Of a DNA stretch of 64,000 bases, positions 1 to 10,522 are shown piece by piece. The DNA is from Octopus vulgaris. Its lineage: Eukaryota. A program made the translations under genes and the position numbers. Below the pieces are notes generated by a model. That model saw nothing but the letters and a program-made list of their open reading frames with translations. It made no database searches and had not been told where the DNA came from. The first letter of the stretch is position 1. Every line of letters starts with the position of its first letter. The stretch is taken from NCBI GenBank assembly GCA_951406725.2, contig OX597828.1, forward strand, positions 68,076,001 through 68,140,000. Reading direction: 5' to 3'.

Positions 1-9
1 GACTTTAGT

Positions 10-11
<2 letters not shown>

Positions 12-91
<80 letters not shown>

Positions 92-97
92 ATATAT
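12..97. repeat. (TA)n/(TG)n microsatellite
   Basis: direct reading. Confidence 0.95.
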
Positions 98-571
98 GAA
101 TTAAAGACCAAAATGGAAGCTTTGCCTTTACTTCCACAACATCAATATGTTGCCACAAAAACTTACGACATTAATTAAATGTGAAACGAATGTAGTTTTC
201 TGAATTTTCTGCCTAAGCGCTGATGTTCACTTCCAAAATGTCAAAGCTGTAGTGTACGACTGGGCACCAACTACTGCAGCTCAGATTTGGGTATTGGCTA
301 CCAAATATCTTTTTAGACCCATCATCTTATTTCGAATTTTTGACTTTCAGTTTTTAAAAATTAGTCTGACTCTTCTTCATTTTTTTATGGAGGAATTTTA
401 TATTTAACTAATTTAATTAGCTCCAAAATATTTCTTCTGTTCTTCTTTAATTCAATGTGTAAATCTATTACTATTTTTTTTGTTGTTGTTTCCATTTCTT
501 CCTGACTGTCTTCCCAACACCTAGGGCAAAGAAACTCGCTGTACACATTGATAGGCCATTAAGATAAACAG

Positions 572-666
572 GTAGAGCCTGGTGCAGCCTCCTGGCTTCC
601 CAGACCCCGGTCGAACCGTCCAACCCATGCTAGCATGGAAAATAGACGTTAAATGATGATGATGAT
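572..666 (+). mobile_element. RTE LINE 3'-UTR tail fragment ending in (GAT)n
   Basis: gagcctggtgcagcc...ccaacccatgctagcatggaaa..gacgttaaatgatgatgat; same tail follows RTE ORF at 14545-15263. Confidence 0.8.
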
Positions 667-798
667 GTGGCCATAAATTACCTTCGCAATTTGAAAAATT
701 CAGAAAAAACACTGAAAAATAAGGGTAACTCAGCAGAGTTTATTGGAAAGAAAAAAGTCGGCAAGTAAAGTTTTATCAGAAACATCAGAACGCTTTAA

Positions 799-1017
799 CC
801 CTTTCATTACCATATTTATTTTGAGATGCTCTGTGTTTCTTTCAGTTAATTTTAAATATAACAAAGAATTTAGTAAAATAACTTCGTTATCATTCAGCTA
901 GTATTAGAAACATAAATTGTGACTAAGGTTTGGTGGAAGATTTTAATTCAGAACTTATGAAAACAAGACATTTGTACTCAGAACCAGAAGGGGTCAGCCA
1001 GGTTGGTAATGAAAGGG
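799..1017. mobile_element. piggyBac-like MITE, family 1
   Basis: TTAA|ccctttcattacca ... tggtaatgaaaggg|TTAA; second partial inverted copy ~22109-22300. Confidence 0.8.
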
Positions 1018-1705
1018 TTAATGCGGGTTCCTCCGTTCATTGCAAAGGTTGATGGATGGATTTCAGCTTTAATAGATACAATAAATTGTAAATATAATTT
1101 ATGAATCCCCTATTGTTCAAGATGCTTTCATGCAGAGGGATCAGGATTTTGTAATGCCTTTCATCACAGGTCGGCTCAGTCAGGCTGACCTGGGCTAAAT
1201 TACAACTCGGAATTCTAAATATTTGTCTGTCTGTCTGTCTCTCTGTCTGTGTGCGTATGTAATACACACCAATCTGGACCATGCTAAAATAGATGATAAT
1301 GACATATTTATACATAATCAATATGTGTGCATGTTCGTATGTATGTGTGTGTGTGTGTGTGTGTGCGCACTCACACGCATACACAGATGATATAGATAAT
1401 GTAATGATAAGTAAATGTGTGTGTTTGTATGTGAGGGTGCATGTATATTATCATTTTAACATCCACTTTTCCATGCTTGCATGAGTTGGATAGTTTATTA
1501 AGGTAGATTTTATTTTTTATTATGACTGGATGCTTTCTTGTTGCCATCTCTCACCTGTTTCCAGGTAAGATAATATTATCCCATAACCAGACATGTTTTC
1601 TCAGAATATTGAAAATGAATGACACCGCTTGTATGACAGTGACACTCCTTTACTTGATATCTATACATGGAAACAGAAACGTGTTCACACATCACACACA
1701 CACAA

Positions 1706-1738
<33 letters not shown>

Positions 1739-1880
1739 GAAAGAAGGCAGAAAATGGAGAAATATTAATGAACAACAATTGACTTCAATTATCATTTATT
1801 AATTCAATACAAATAGACTGCATCCCATCTAACAGCTGTTTCTGCTTCCAATTGTTGTGTGGTATTGCCATTGATATGCT

Positions 1881-2155
1881 CATTACCAACGTCACCTTAC
1901 TGGCACCTGTGCCGGTGGCATGTGCAAAAGATTCGAGCGAGGTCGTTGCCAGTGCTGCCTGACTGGCCCTGTGCCGGTGGCACGTAAAAGCACTCACTAC
2001 ACTCTTGGAGTGGTTGGCATTAGGAAGGGCATCCAGCTGTAGAAACTCTGCCAGATCAAGATTGGAGCCTGGTGCAGCCATCTGCTTCGCCAGCCCTCAG
2101 TCAAAATCATCCAACCCATGCTAGCATGGAAAACGGACGTTAAACGATGATGACG
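1881..2155 (+). mobile_element. RTE 3'-UTR fragment inserted in left palindrome arm
   Basis: ATGCT duplicated at 1876-1880 and 2156-2160; empty site visible in right arm. Confidence 0.85.
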
Positions 2156-2380
2156 ATGCTAAAGATATTTATCATAGTTGGTAATGAAACCGATCTGAAA
2201 CATGGAGCTTCATCAGAGTGAAGAATAGATGAAAAAGAAGAGCCTGGAGAAGAAAAAGGAAAAGTTGAATAGGGTTGTAATCATACCATTTTGCTTGTGT
2301 GTCTTTTTGGAATCTTAATGTCACAAGCAAAATGGTACGATTACAACCCTATTCAACTTTTCCTTTTTTTTATTTATTCT

Positions 2381-2499
2381 TCACTCTGATGAAGCTCCAT
2401 GTTTCAGATCGGTTTCATTACCAAATATGATAATTATCTTTAGCATATCAATGGCAACACCATACAACAATTGGAAGCAGAAACAGCTGTTAGATGGGA
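2381..2499 (+). ncRNA. Putative minimal type I hammerhead ribozyme (Penelope-type)
   Basis: CTGATGA 2386-2392, stem II gctcca/tggaagc with long loop, GAAAC-AGCT-GTT 2480-2491; stem I imperfect. Confidence 0.5.
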
Positions 2500-2869
2500 T
2501 GCAGTCTATTTATATTGAATTAATAAATGATAATTGAAGTAAGTCAATTGTTGTTCATTGATATTTCTCCATTTCCTGTTTTCTTTAAATTTTGATTCTT
2601 GATAAACTCATGTTTATCCTTGTTTTATGAGCATAATATGCCTGCATATGTATGCCCAGGGTTAAACATAGGTAAGATACTGGTAGTATAATGGATACTT
2701 CTATCCCTTAGATGGTTTTTTTAACCTCTTATATAAATGTGTGTGTGCACTAGCATAGCTAGAATGTGTGCCGCCCAGGGCAGGCTTTCCATTTGCTGCC
2801 CCCAGACCCCACAAAAAACACATATTGCCTACAGCAGACCCAAAAGTGCTGTCCCCCACCACTAGCTGT

Positions 2870-3060
2870 GTGTGTGTGTATGTATACACAAACACATATG
2901 ATGGGCCTCTTTCAGTTTCTTTCTACCAAATTCACTCACAAGGTTTTTGCTGGCCTAGTGCTATAATAGAAGACACTTACCCTGGGTGCCATGCAGTGGG
3001 CCAGAGCCTGAAACCACATGGTTGCAAAGCGAACTTCTTAACCACACAGCCACACCCATA
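2870..3060 (-). mobile_element. tRNA-derived SINE family C, 5' part
   Basis: reverse complement of gtggctgtgtggtaag...gggcaagtgtcttct head. Confidence 0.75.
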
Positions 3061-3068
3061 ACTATATA

Positions 3069-3100
<32 letters not shown>

Positions 3101-3829
3101 AATATGATGTAATGATAAGTAAATGTGTGTGCGTGTGTGTGACATAATTGCTGACCATGGGAGTACTACAGATGTTGGTTAAAGATTGAGGAGCAGACAC
3201 AGCGGTTCTAAATTTAGACTAACTTTGAAACTATTTTCTAAGTTGGGGAAAAAGGAAAAAAAAAGCTATAAACAAAAAAAAAAAATTTATCACAAGTCTC
3301 GTGAAAATTTGTTTTTAATTTTCATTGCTATCATGAAACTAATTCCAGACATTGATAACGATTGTGAACCACATAGTGTCTTGTATTGTGCATTCTTTTC
3401 CTCTGACTGAGAACACTTTCCTCCCTCGCCCTCCCATCTGGACTAAGTCTTTTACTTGCACTCAATGTATTGTATCTGTATCAAACTACAGGAGTTGTGT
3501 GACAAGAGTCAAACATGTCAGACTGAGATTAATCATAGCATCCACTACACAGCACGTGAGCTAAACTGCTTTATGTGTTTAATCAGTTGAACGGAATGGA
3601 CTATAAACTGCATGGTCACAAGTTCAAATCTCACTATGGTCATTGTATTGTGTTAGAGAGCCCCTGTTAAGATATCTAAGCCTGCTTGCTCCAGAGTGTC
3701 TGACTGAACAATGATGATAATATAAATAGGTTTTGATTTATATTGAAAGGTTAGTCATGGATGGAAGACCATTGCACTATAAATGACATAAATGATCTTA
3801 CAAGACAATATCAGAGGCACTACTTGGCT

Positions 3830-4160
3830 ATTCAACCTGCTAAAAATAGCAGCAAAATTTATCTCAAATCATACTTTTCCTAAAGAAAAAAGTAAGGACA
3901 TACTTGATAATATAGTTCTAGTTACACTCTGCCAGAGAGAAAAGTGATTGTCATGGTTGGAATGACTGATCATAGGTCTGCTTGGTCAAGCTCAGCTTCA
4001 TGCTAAACAACAACATTTTTAGTCAACAATGGCGCTTGTATAGGATCAGTTAATCTTTTAGAAATCGCAGCCAAATCTCTCTCAAATCACATTCTGCTGT
4101 GTTAAAATAAGATGAGTGAAACGTCTTTGATCTGTTCAAGCAAAACTGACTTAATGTCAA
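3830..4160 (+). repeat. Abundant old repeat family E (gaaatagcagccaaat...gatcataggtctg...ctaaacaacaac), two copies
   Basis: same motif recurs at approx. 9840-10045, 12810-12985, 13180-13400, 13600-13780, 16570-16720, 33850-33990, 42430-42520, 48030-48250, 53640-53765, 54740-54890, 56710-56860. Confidence 0.7.
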
Positions 4161-4714
4161 CAACCTGAGTCTTAAATGCTGTGACAGACTTTGCAGGGGA
4201 AATTATGAGCCTGAGAATCTGAGTTGGGAACCTAGGGAGAATAAACACCTCGCCCCCAACACAGCTAAAAAAACCTGTATACCCACCAGCTCAACCCACC
4301 ACCCAAGCTCTTTACCCACTATCTTTATCTAACCTTTCCACCCATTACCTCCATGAAACACCTCCCGACACCACCACCACCTAACACTCCCACCAGTCAC
4401 CTCTACCCATTGGAGGTGAGTCATGGAAGTGATGGATCAGGGTGTCCACACCTCATCCCAGCACCTCTACCCTACACCACCACCCAACACCTCCATCCAA
4501 CACATCCACCCGACACCTCCACCCCGCCTCTCTGACACAATTCACTGGACCAACCACAAGGACTGCATTAACCAATGTTTTCTATTTTCTTAGTAAGACA
4601 ATAAGGTTGATTTGAGGAATATCTAGTTGCAGGTGGAATGACTCTATAAGGGACAGGATCTGTCCTATATTTTTTCCCCAGAGACATCAGTGTCACTAAC
4701 AGGAAAAGTCATAC

Positions 4715-4917
4715 CTATTTCTTTACTATCAACAAGGGGCTAAACACAGAAGGGACAAACAGATTAAGTCGATTACATCGACCCTAGTGTGTAACTGGTA
4801 TTTATTTAATCGACCCCAAAAGGATGAAAGGCAAATTTGAACTCAGAACTTAGCGGCAGACGAAATACTGCTAAGCATTTCGCCCAGCATGCTAATGTTT
4901 CTGCCAGTTTGCCGCCA
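4715..4917 (-). mobile_element. tRNA-derived SINE family B1
   Basis: reverse complement of ggcggcgagctggcagaaacgttagc...gagttcaaattcc...gtaaagaaatagg. Confidence 0.8.
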
Positions 4918-5109
4918 TGGAGAAGTCATACCAGGGGTACTGTCCCTCCATCTCTGAATCATCATCGACATTTAACATCCATTTTCTATGATGGTATGGG
5001 TTGGACAATTTGACAGGAACCATCAAAGCCAGGGGCTGCACCAGGTACTATACAAGGTGGTTGGCATTAGGAAGGGTATCCAGCCATAGAAGCCAAGCCA
5101 AAACAGGCG

Positions 5110-5462
5110 TTATCTTTTACTTGTTTCAATTGTTTGACTGCAGCCATACTAGGGCACCGCCTTGAAGGGTTTTAGTCAAACAAATTGGTTCTGGGATTTA
5201 TTTCTTAAAGCCTAGTATTTATCTTACCAAACTCCTTTGCCAAACCACTTGGTTACAGAAGATGTAAACATAACACGACTGGTTGTCAAGCGGTGATGGG
5301 GACGAACACAGACCCAATGTATACAACAGGCTTCTTTCAGTTTCCACATACCAGATCCATTCACAAGGCTTTAGTCAGCCTAAGGCTAGAGCAGAAGACA
5401 CTTGCCCAAGGTGCCACACAGTGGGACTGAACTTGGAACCATGTGGTTTAGAAGCAAGCTTC
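5110..5462 (-). mobile_element. SINE family C copy
   Basis: matches 31837-32270 in reverse. Confidence 0.75.
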
Positions 5463-5629
5463 TTTTATTCATTCAATTGGCCACAAGGGCCTTTCAAAGA
5501 AAGGAAGCTGCTGGCTGGACGTGGACATAATGAGATGACATGATTGATGATATGATGATAATGAGGGCAACAGCAATGCCCACCGATTGCTGTTGATCCG
5601 AGCACATAGTTCTTTATAAATACATATTT

Positions 5630-5765
5630 GAGGTAACAAACCTCTTACATAACAAAGCATAAAGGAGGCAATAAACCTCTTACAAGAAAGCCATTGTGAG
5701 GCAGTGAACCTCTTACACAAGTCAAAAAGCAATAAATCAATACAAATGAGGCACCAAGCCTCTTA
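5630..5765. repeat. Degenerate minisatellite (gaggcaataaacctcttac..)x4-5
   Basis: recurrent gaggc..aacctcttac units. Confidence 0.6.
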
Positions 5766-5904
5766 CTTTTAATTCATTATAAGTCTTCTAACCCGACTTG
5801 ACCTCTCGTCTTGGTCAAACACCTGGACGTTGTCAAGTTGGGCCGCCGGGGAAGGAGTTCATTATTCTGCACAGATCCGTCTCCCATATGACCTCTGCAG
5901 CCAC

Positions 5905-6133
5905 CTATTTCTTTACTGCCCACAAGGGGCTAAACATAGAGGGGACAAACAAGGACAGACAAACGGATTAAGTCGATTACATCGACCCCAGTGCATAACT
6001 GGTACTTAATTTATCAACCTCGAAAGGATGAAAGGCAAAGTAGACCTCAGTGGAATTTGAACTTGTAACGTAACAGACGAAATACGGCTACACATTTCGC
6101 CCGGTGCGCTAACGTTTCTGCCAGCTCTCCACC
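5905..6133 (-). mobile_element. SINE family B1
   Basis: full head-to-tail match; ccacct on both flanks. Confidence 0.85.
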
Positions 6134-6549
6134 TGTGAAGGCCAGTCAGGGTTCTCCGTGCAGGACAGAATCCCCTCCCTTCAGCCTTTCCTCTTAAACT
6201 TCTTGATGAAGTTTTCTATTGTCCCTCCCTTATGGAAGAGGACCACAAGCTCCTCCTCTACAGCATGGGAGGGATCTACAGTCTCTACCTTTGGTGGCAC
6301 AATTCCCACAGAAGGTACTTCGGGGACATGCCTGCAGTGTATCACAAACCGCCGGCAACGTCCCATTTTTCTTACCCCACAGCTTTGCCTGCACCTGGGA
6401 ATATATTATAAAAGAAGAAAAAAAAAACTGAAATTGATTTTATCAGTAACTGAACAACTGTGTGTTGTTTAGCCCCAGATCAGCTCAGATCATGCAGACC
6501 TATGATCAAATACATTCCATCTTTGACCATCCTGTCATTTTATATATAT

Positions 6550-6940
6550 GTAGCTTGCTAACCAACCACATGGTTCCGGGTTCAGTCCCACTGCGTGGCA
6601 TCTTGGGCAAGTGTCTTCTGCTATAGTCCCGGGCCGACCAATGCCTTGTGAGTGAATTTGGTAGACGGAAACTGAAAGAGAAGCCTGTTGTATATATGTA
6701 TATACATATATATATATGCGTGTGTGTGTTTGTGTGTATATGTTTGTCCCCCTAGCATTGCTTGACAACCGATGCTGGTGTGTTTACGTCCCCGTTACTT
6801 AGCGGTTCGGCCAAAAGAGACCGATAGAATAAGTACTGGGCTTATAAAGAATAAGTCCCGGGGTCGATTTGCTCGACTAAAGGCGGTGCTCCAGCATGGC
6901 CGCAGTCAAATGACTGAAACAAGTAAAAAGAGTAAAAAAA
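6550..6940 (+). mobile_element. SINE family C with internal (TA)/(TG) tract
   Basis: ggttccgggttcagtccc B-box-like head, tail gactgaaacaagtaaaaagag. Confidence 0.85.
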
Positions 6941-7915
6941 TAGATATCAGTATTCATATTATCCAATGAGTAAATTTCTTTTTGGGTGGTTGTGATTTGG
7001 AGGAAGTTTGGCTGCTCTTTCTAACCTTGAGATCGAGTAAACTTTCCATCAAAGACATTCTATCCGTGACCGTCAAGACATATAATTACATACCTGGGAT
7101 TACATTATTTAATATGCCCTCCTTTTTTTCCTAATATAATTTCAGGAGAATTTGGTTGCTCTTTCTAACTGGCCGGGCGACCACGTAGAGGGTCTTCTCG
7201 TTGACACGATGTTTATTTTAACAGTTATTTATTTTATTGTGTGTGTTTATTTTCTTTGCCTCTTAATGTAATCAACATGGAGTGTGTGTTATCAAGCCAA
7301 GCACTTCGTCGTTGTTATTATTAATTAAATTGCGAGGGGGAGGCGGGGAGGGAGACGGGGGACGTTGTACGTAAGTTACACATGAAACAATGTTAAAGTT
7401 GAAGATACATCAGAGAGGTGGGGAGGGGGAAAGTGTGTCAAAGAGATATGTTCGCTTCAAATGAGAGAGGGGGGAACAGAGGAGAGAGAGAGAAAGAGAC
7501 AGCGAGAGAGAGAGAGAGAGAAAAAAAAAGAGACGGCGAGAGAGAGAGAAAGAGAGGTGCCTAAAATAACGTTTCTATTTGACGTCATTTCTGATTGAAC
7601 TGATGAGAGACAAATGAAGAAATCTGATAGCAAACCATTCCAGTGGTTGGTTCTGGTGGGTTTTTACCGGTTGGTGTGTGCGTAAGAAAGGGTTGGCGGC
7701 GGCGGCGGCGCGAGGGATGACTGTCGTCCTTCAAATTGAGTTTTTGTGGATGAAAGTGTGTGTATGTATGTGTGTGTGAGAGAGAGAGAGAGAACGGGAT
7801 GACTGTTGTTAAACGCCAGGTTTAACTCTATTAAACCGAGATAATTTTAGGTCTGACAGCAACATGTCACCTGTTGGCTTTATAGACCAGATCTACTCCA
7901 TAATGTCATTACCTA

Positions 7916-8287
7916 TCTCTATATATAAACGGCAAAATGTCTGTCTGTCTGTGTGTGTGTGTCCTTTATACAAATCCACAATTTTTCAGTTAGAGGGCTC
8001 ACACTTTCTATGGTCATTCAAAACCGTCCAAGGGTGGTCGTGCACATCTTTACATTTCCCCAGTCAGCCAGCAAAGCCATTAAAAAATCATTAGAAGTTA
8101 CTTTTTTGTGAATTTTCTATCCAATACCCAATCAAAATGCCCGAAACTTGATACGCCAATTGAATGCCAGCTAGCTGTATGTGATTGGTCGGAGATTTGG
8201 ACAGTACTCACGTGTATGTGTGCACGCACGCAGCTGTATATGCATGCATTAGCACTATGACCCGGCGTTGCCAGGTCATAGTGCTAG
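7916..8287 (+). mobile_element. Non-autonomous Helitron, family H1
   Basis: A|TC 5' end (tctctatatataaacggc), 3' hairpin tagcactatgacc-ggtcatagtgcta and CTAG|T; second copy 38096-38479. Confidence 0.85.
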
Positions 8288-8639
8288 TAGCCTTTATACC
8301 AGATCCACTCCATACTACTGCTATAGTTTGTCCAAAAACTTCTGCCCTGATTTTATTGCAGTTATTTCACTTCCTTCGTTTTATATTTTAAGCACACAAA
8401 AAGGGAGTTTCTGTTGATTAATTACTTGCATAATCACAGTTGCTTGAAGTTTATCAGTTTACTCTACCAAATATGTAAGATCTTACTATGTTGTATATTT
8501 ATACTGCACTGACTGAAGGCCAATCTTGAACACGGAACCTTATGAGGGAGATGACAGAGGACTGAGGTATGTGCTGCAATGCTATACTCGAGGAGACCCA
8601 CGAGACCCACCCATCACAGCAGAATCGAGATCCTAAAAC

Positions 8640-8845
8640 CAAGGTGCTACAAAAAAAGCATTGGCATCGGTGCTGGTGCCACCTCTAATGATGGTGTCAC
8701 ATAAAAAGCATCCAGCACACTCTGTAGAGTGGACGGCATTAGGAAGGGCATCCAGTTGTAGAAAAAGCCAGAACAGACTAGGAAACCTAGGGGAGGCCCT
8801 GACCTTGCCGGGTCCTATCAAATCGTCCAACCCATACTAGCATGC
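8640..8845 (+). mobile_element. RTE 3'-UTR fragment
   Basis: ggcattaggaagggcatccag...ccaacccatactagcatg. Confidence 0.7.
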
Positions 8846-8994
8846 CGTTGTTGTCGTTCCTCCTCTGCTTCTGCTGCTGCTGTCGGGCTCCGTTACGTGT
8901 CGTCGGCCGCGCGATTCAGGGCGGACGAGGCGCGGCTGTTGCAGCGCTTCGCAATGATGACGGTCTTCTATAAATCAAATCACAAATGCTATTA

Positions 8995-9760
8995 GCATAT
9001 CCCATGAGAAAGTTGAAGATATTCTGCACAATGGACTTGGTATGATGAACAATTATGCTTGGTGGGTTCCACGTCTTCTGATACCCAATCAAAAGCAGGC
9101 TGATCATATCATAGGAATATCTGACTTTGAGGTAAATCCAGCTGGTTTCTTTGAATGTTGGGGTTCATGACTTTGAGCCAGAGACAGAGAGAGACAATTC
9201 ATGCAATTGAAAAACCCCTCCTCACTTGCTCCAAGGTCGCGTTTCATCTGCAGAGAAGGTTGTTGACCTCAGCTTTTTGGAGGATGCAAAAAGGCATTGT
9301 GTTTATTGGCCATCTTCAAAAGGGTCAACCGTCAATGGAGTGTACTATGCCAGCTTACTGAGGCACTTACAAAAAGAAATCAAGACCAAATGCCCAGGAA
9401 AACTAATGAAAGGGGTCTTGTTTCACTGGGACAATGCTCCAGCACTCAACTCCTTCGTTTCAATGGCTGCTGTGTATGACTGTGGCCTTCCCTATTCTCC
9501 TGATTTGGCTCCATCTGACTATCATCCATCTCCCGACAGGAAAAACACACTTGGCTGAGAAGTAACATCACAATGACGATGACATCATATCTGCTGTTGA
9601 TGACTTTTTCAAGCAACAGGATGAAAGCTCCTTCAACAATGGTGTCCAAGTACTGCAACACCGACGGAAGAAGTGTGTGGGTCTCAAGGGAGACTATGTT
9701 GAATAATAACCTTCATTTAGTCACATTCCATGAGAGAGTATCTTGGTCAGCTTATGATCC
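8995..9760 (+). pseudogene. Decayed mariner (DD34D) transposase
   Basis: WVPR-like motif, KGSTVNGVYYASLL, VLFHWDNAPA, PYSPDLAPSDYH; frameshifts and deletions. Confidence 0.88.
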
Positions 9761-10522
9761 CCATAGCTTTGAGAGAGAGATGACCTCCAACAATGCTGCC
9801 CACACACAAATGACAAGTCAAAGAAGTATTTACTAAGTTGGTCGACTTGTTATAAGTAGCAGTTAAATGTCACTTGAATCACAGTCCATTGTATTAAAAA
9901 GTGAAGCACACCAGCAATGCAGTATCAGATGAAGTATAAAAATTAAAAAAAGACAGGATGGTCACAATGGGAAACTTAAGCTCTTAGATCCAAAGATTAG
10001 GGCTGATTGTGACTGACTTGGGCCTAAGCAACAACAACAATAACAAGAATCAGCCATTAACTGAGCAGTGAAGATGTGCGTAGACACACACACACACACA
10101 CACACACACACTGAAATATTCTGTCTCTTCGCAGGATTCAGTTGTGAAGATGGGGGTAGAGAATTGGGTGTGATGGAAATAAATTTATTTGCTATTTGAG
10201 GATATTGGTAAAAAAGTATGAAAGTGACGTTAATTTAAGGCAATTTAAATAATTAAATCATGGCCATTATCATCATCATCATCATCTTTTTAACATCCGT
10301 TTTTCCACGCTTGCATGGGTCGGGCTGAATGAGTTGAGGCAGATTTTCTATGGCTGGATGTTTTTTTGTCACCTTCACCTGTTTTCCAAGTCAGATAATA
10401 TTTCCCTCGTGACCAAACAAACATGTTTTCACAGAATACTCCATTATGATAACACTTGTTGACAACTGTCACATGTTATTGAATCAAGGAGACAGCAACA
10501 CACACACACACACACACATGTA

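Larger units (their letters stand above)
1740..2586. repeat. Long inverted repeat (arms 1740-2299 and 2322-2586), putative Penelope-like pLTR palindrome
   Basis: arms are near-perfect reverse complements around a 22 nt spacer; left arm carries an insertion at 1881-2155. Confidence 0.85.

Noticed and set aside
1785-2081. Recurrent ORFs containing [13 protein letters not shown] (also 12011, 14927, 19027, 34956, 47256, 53008, 62141)
   Set aside because: Antisense reading of the RTE 3'-UTR repeat, not a gene family
6535-6969. ORFs with YQIHSQG / HAVGLNPEPCG motifs
   Set aside because: Translations of SINE family C
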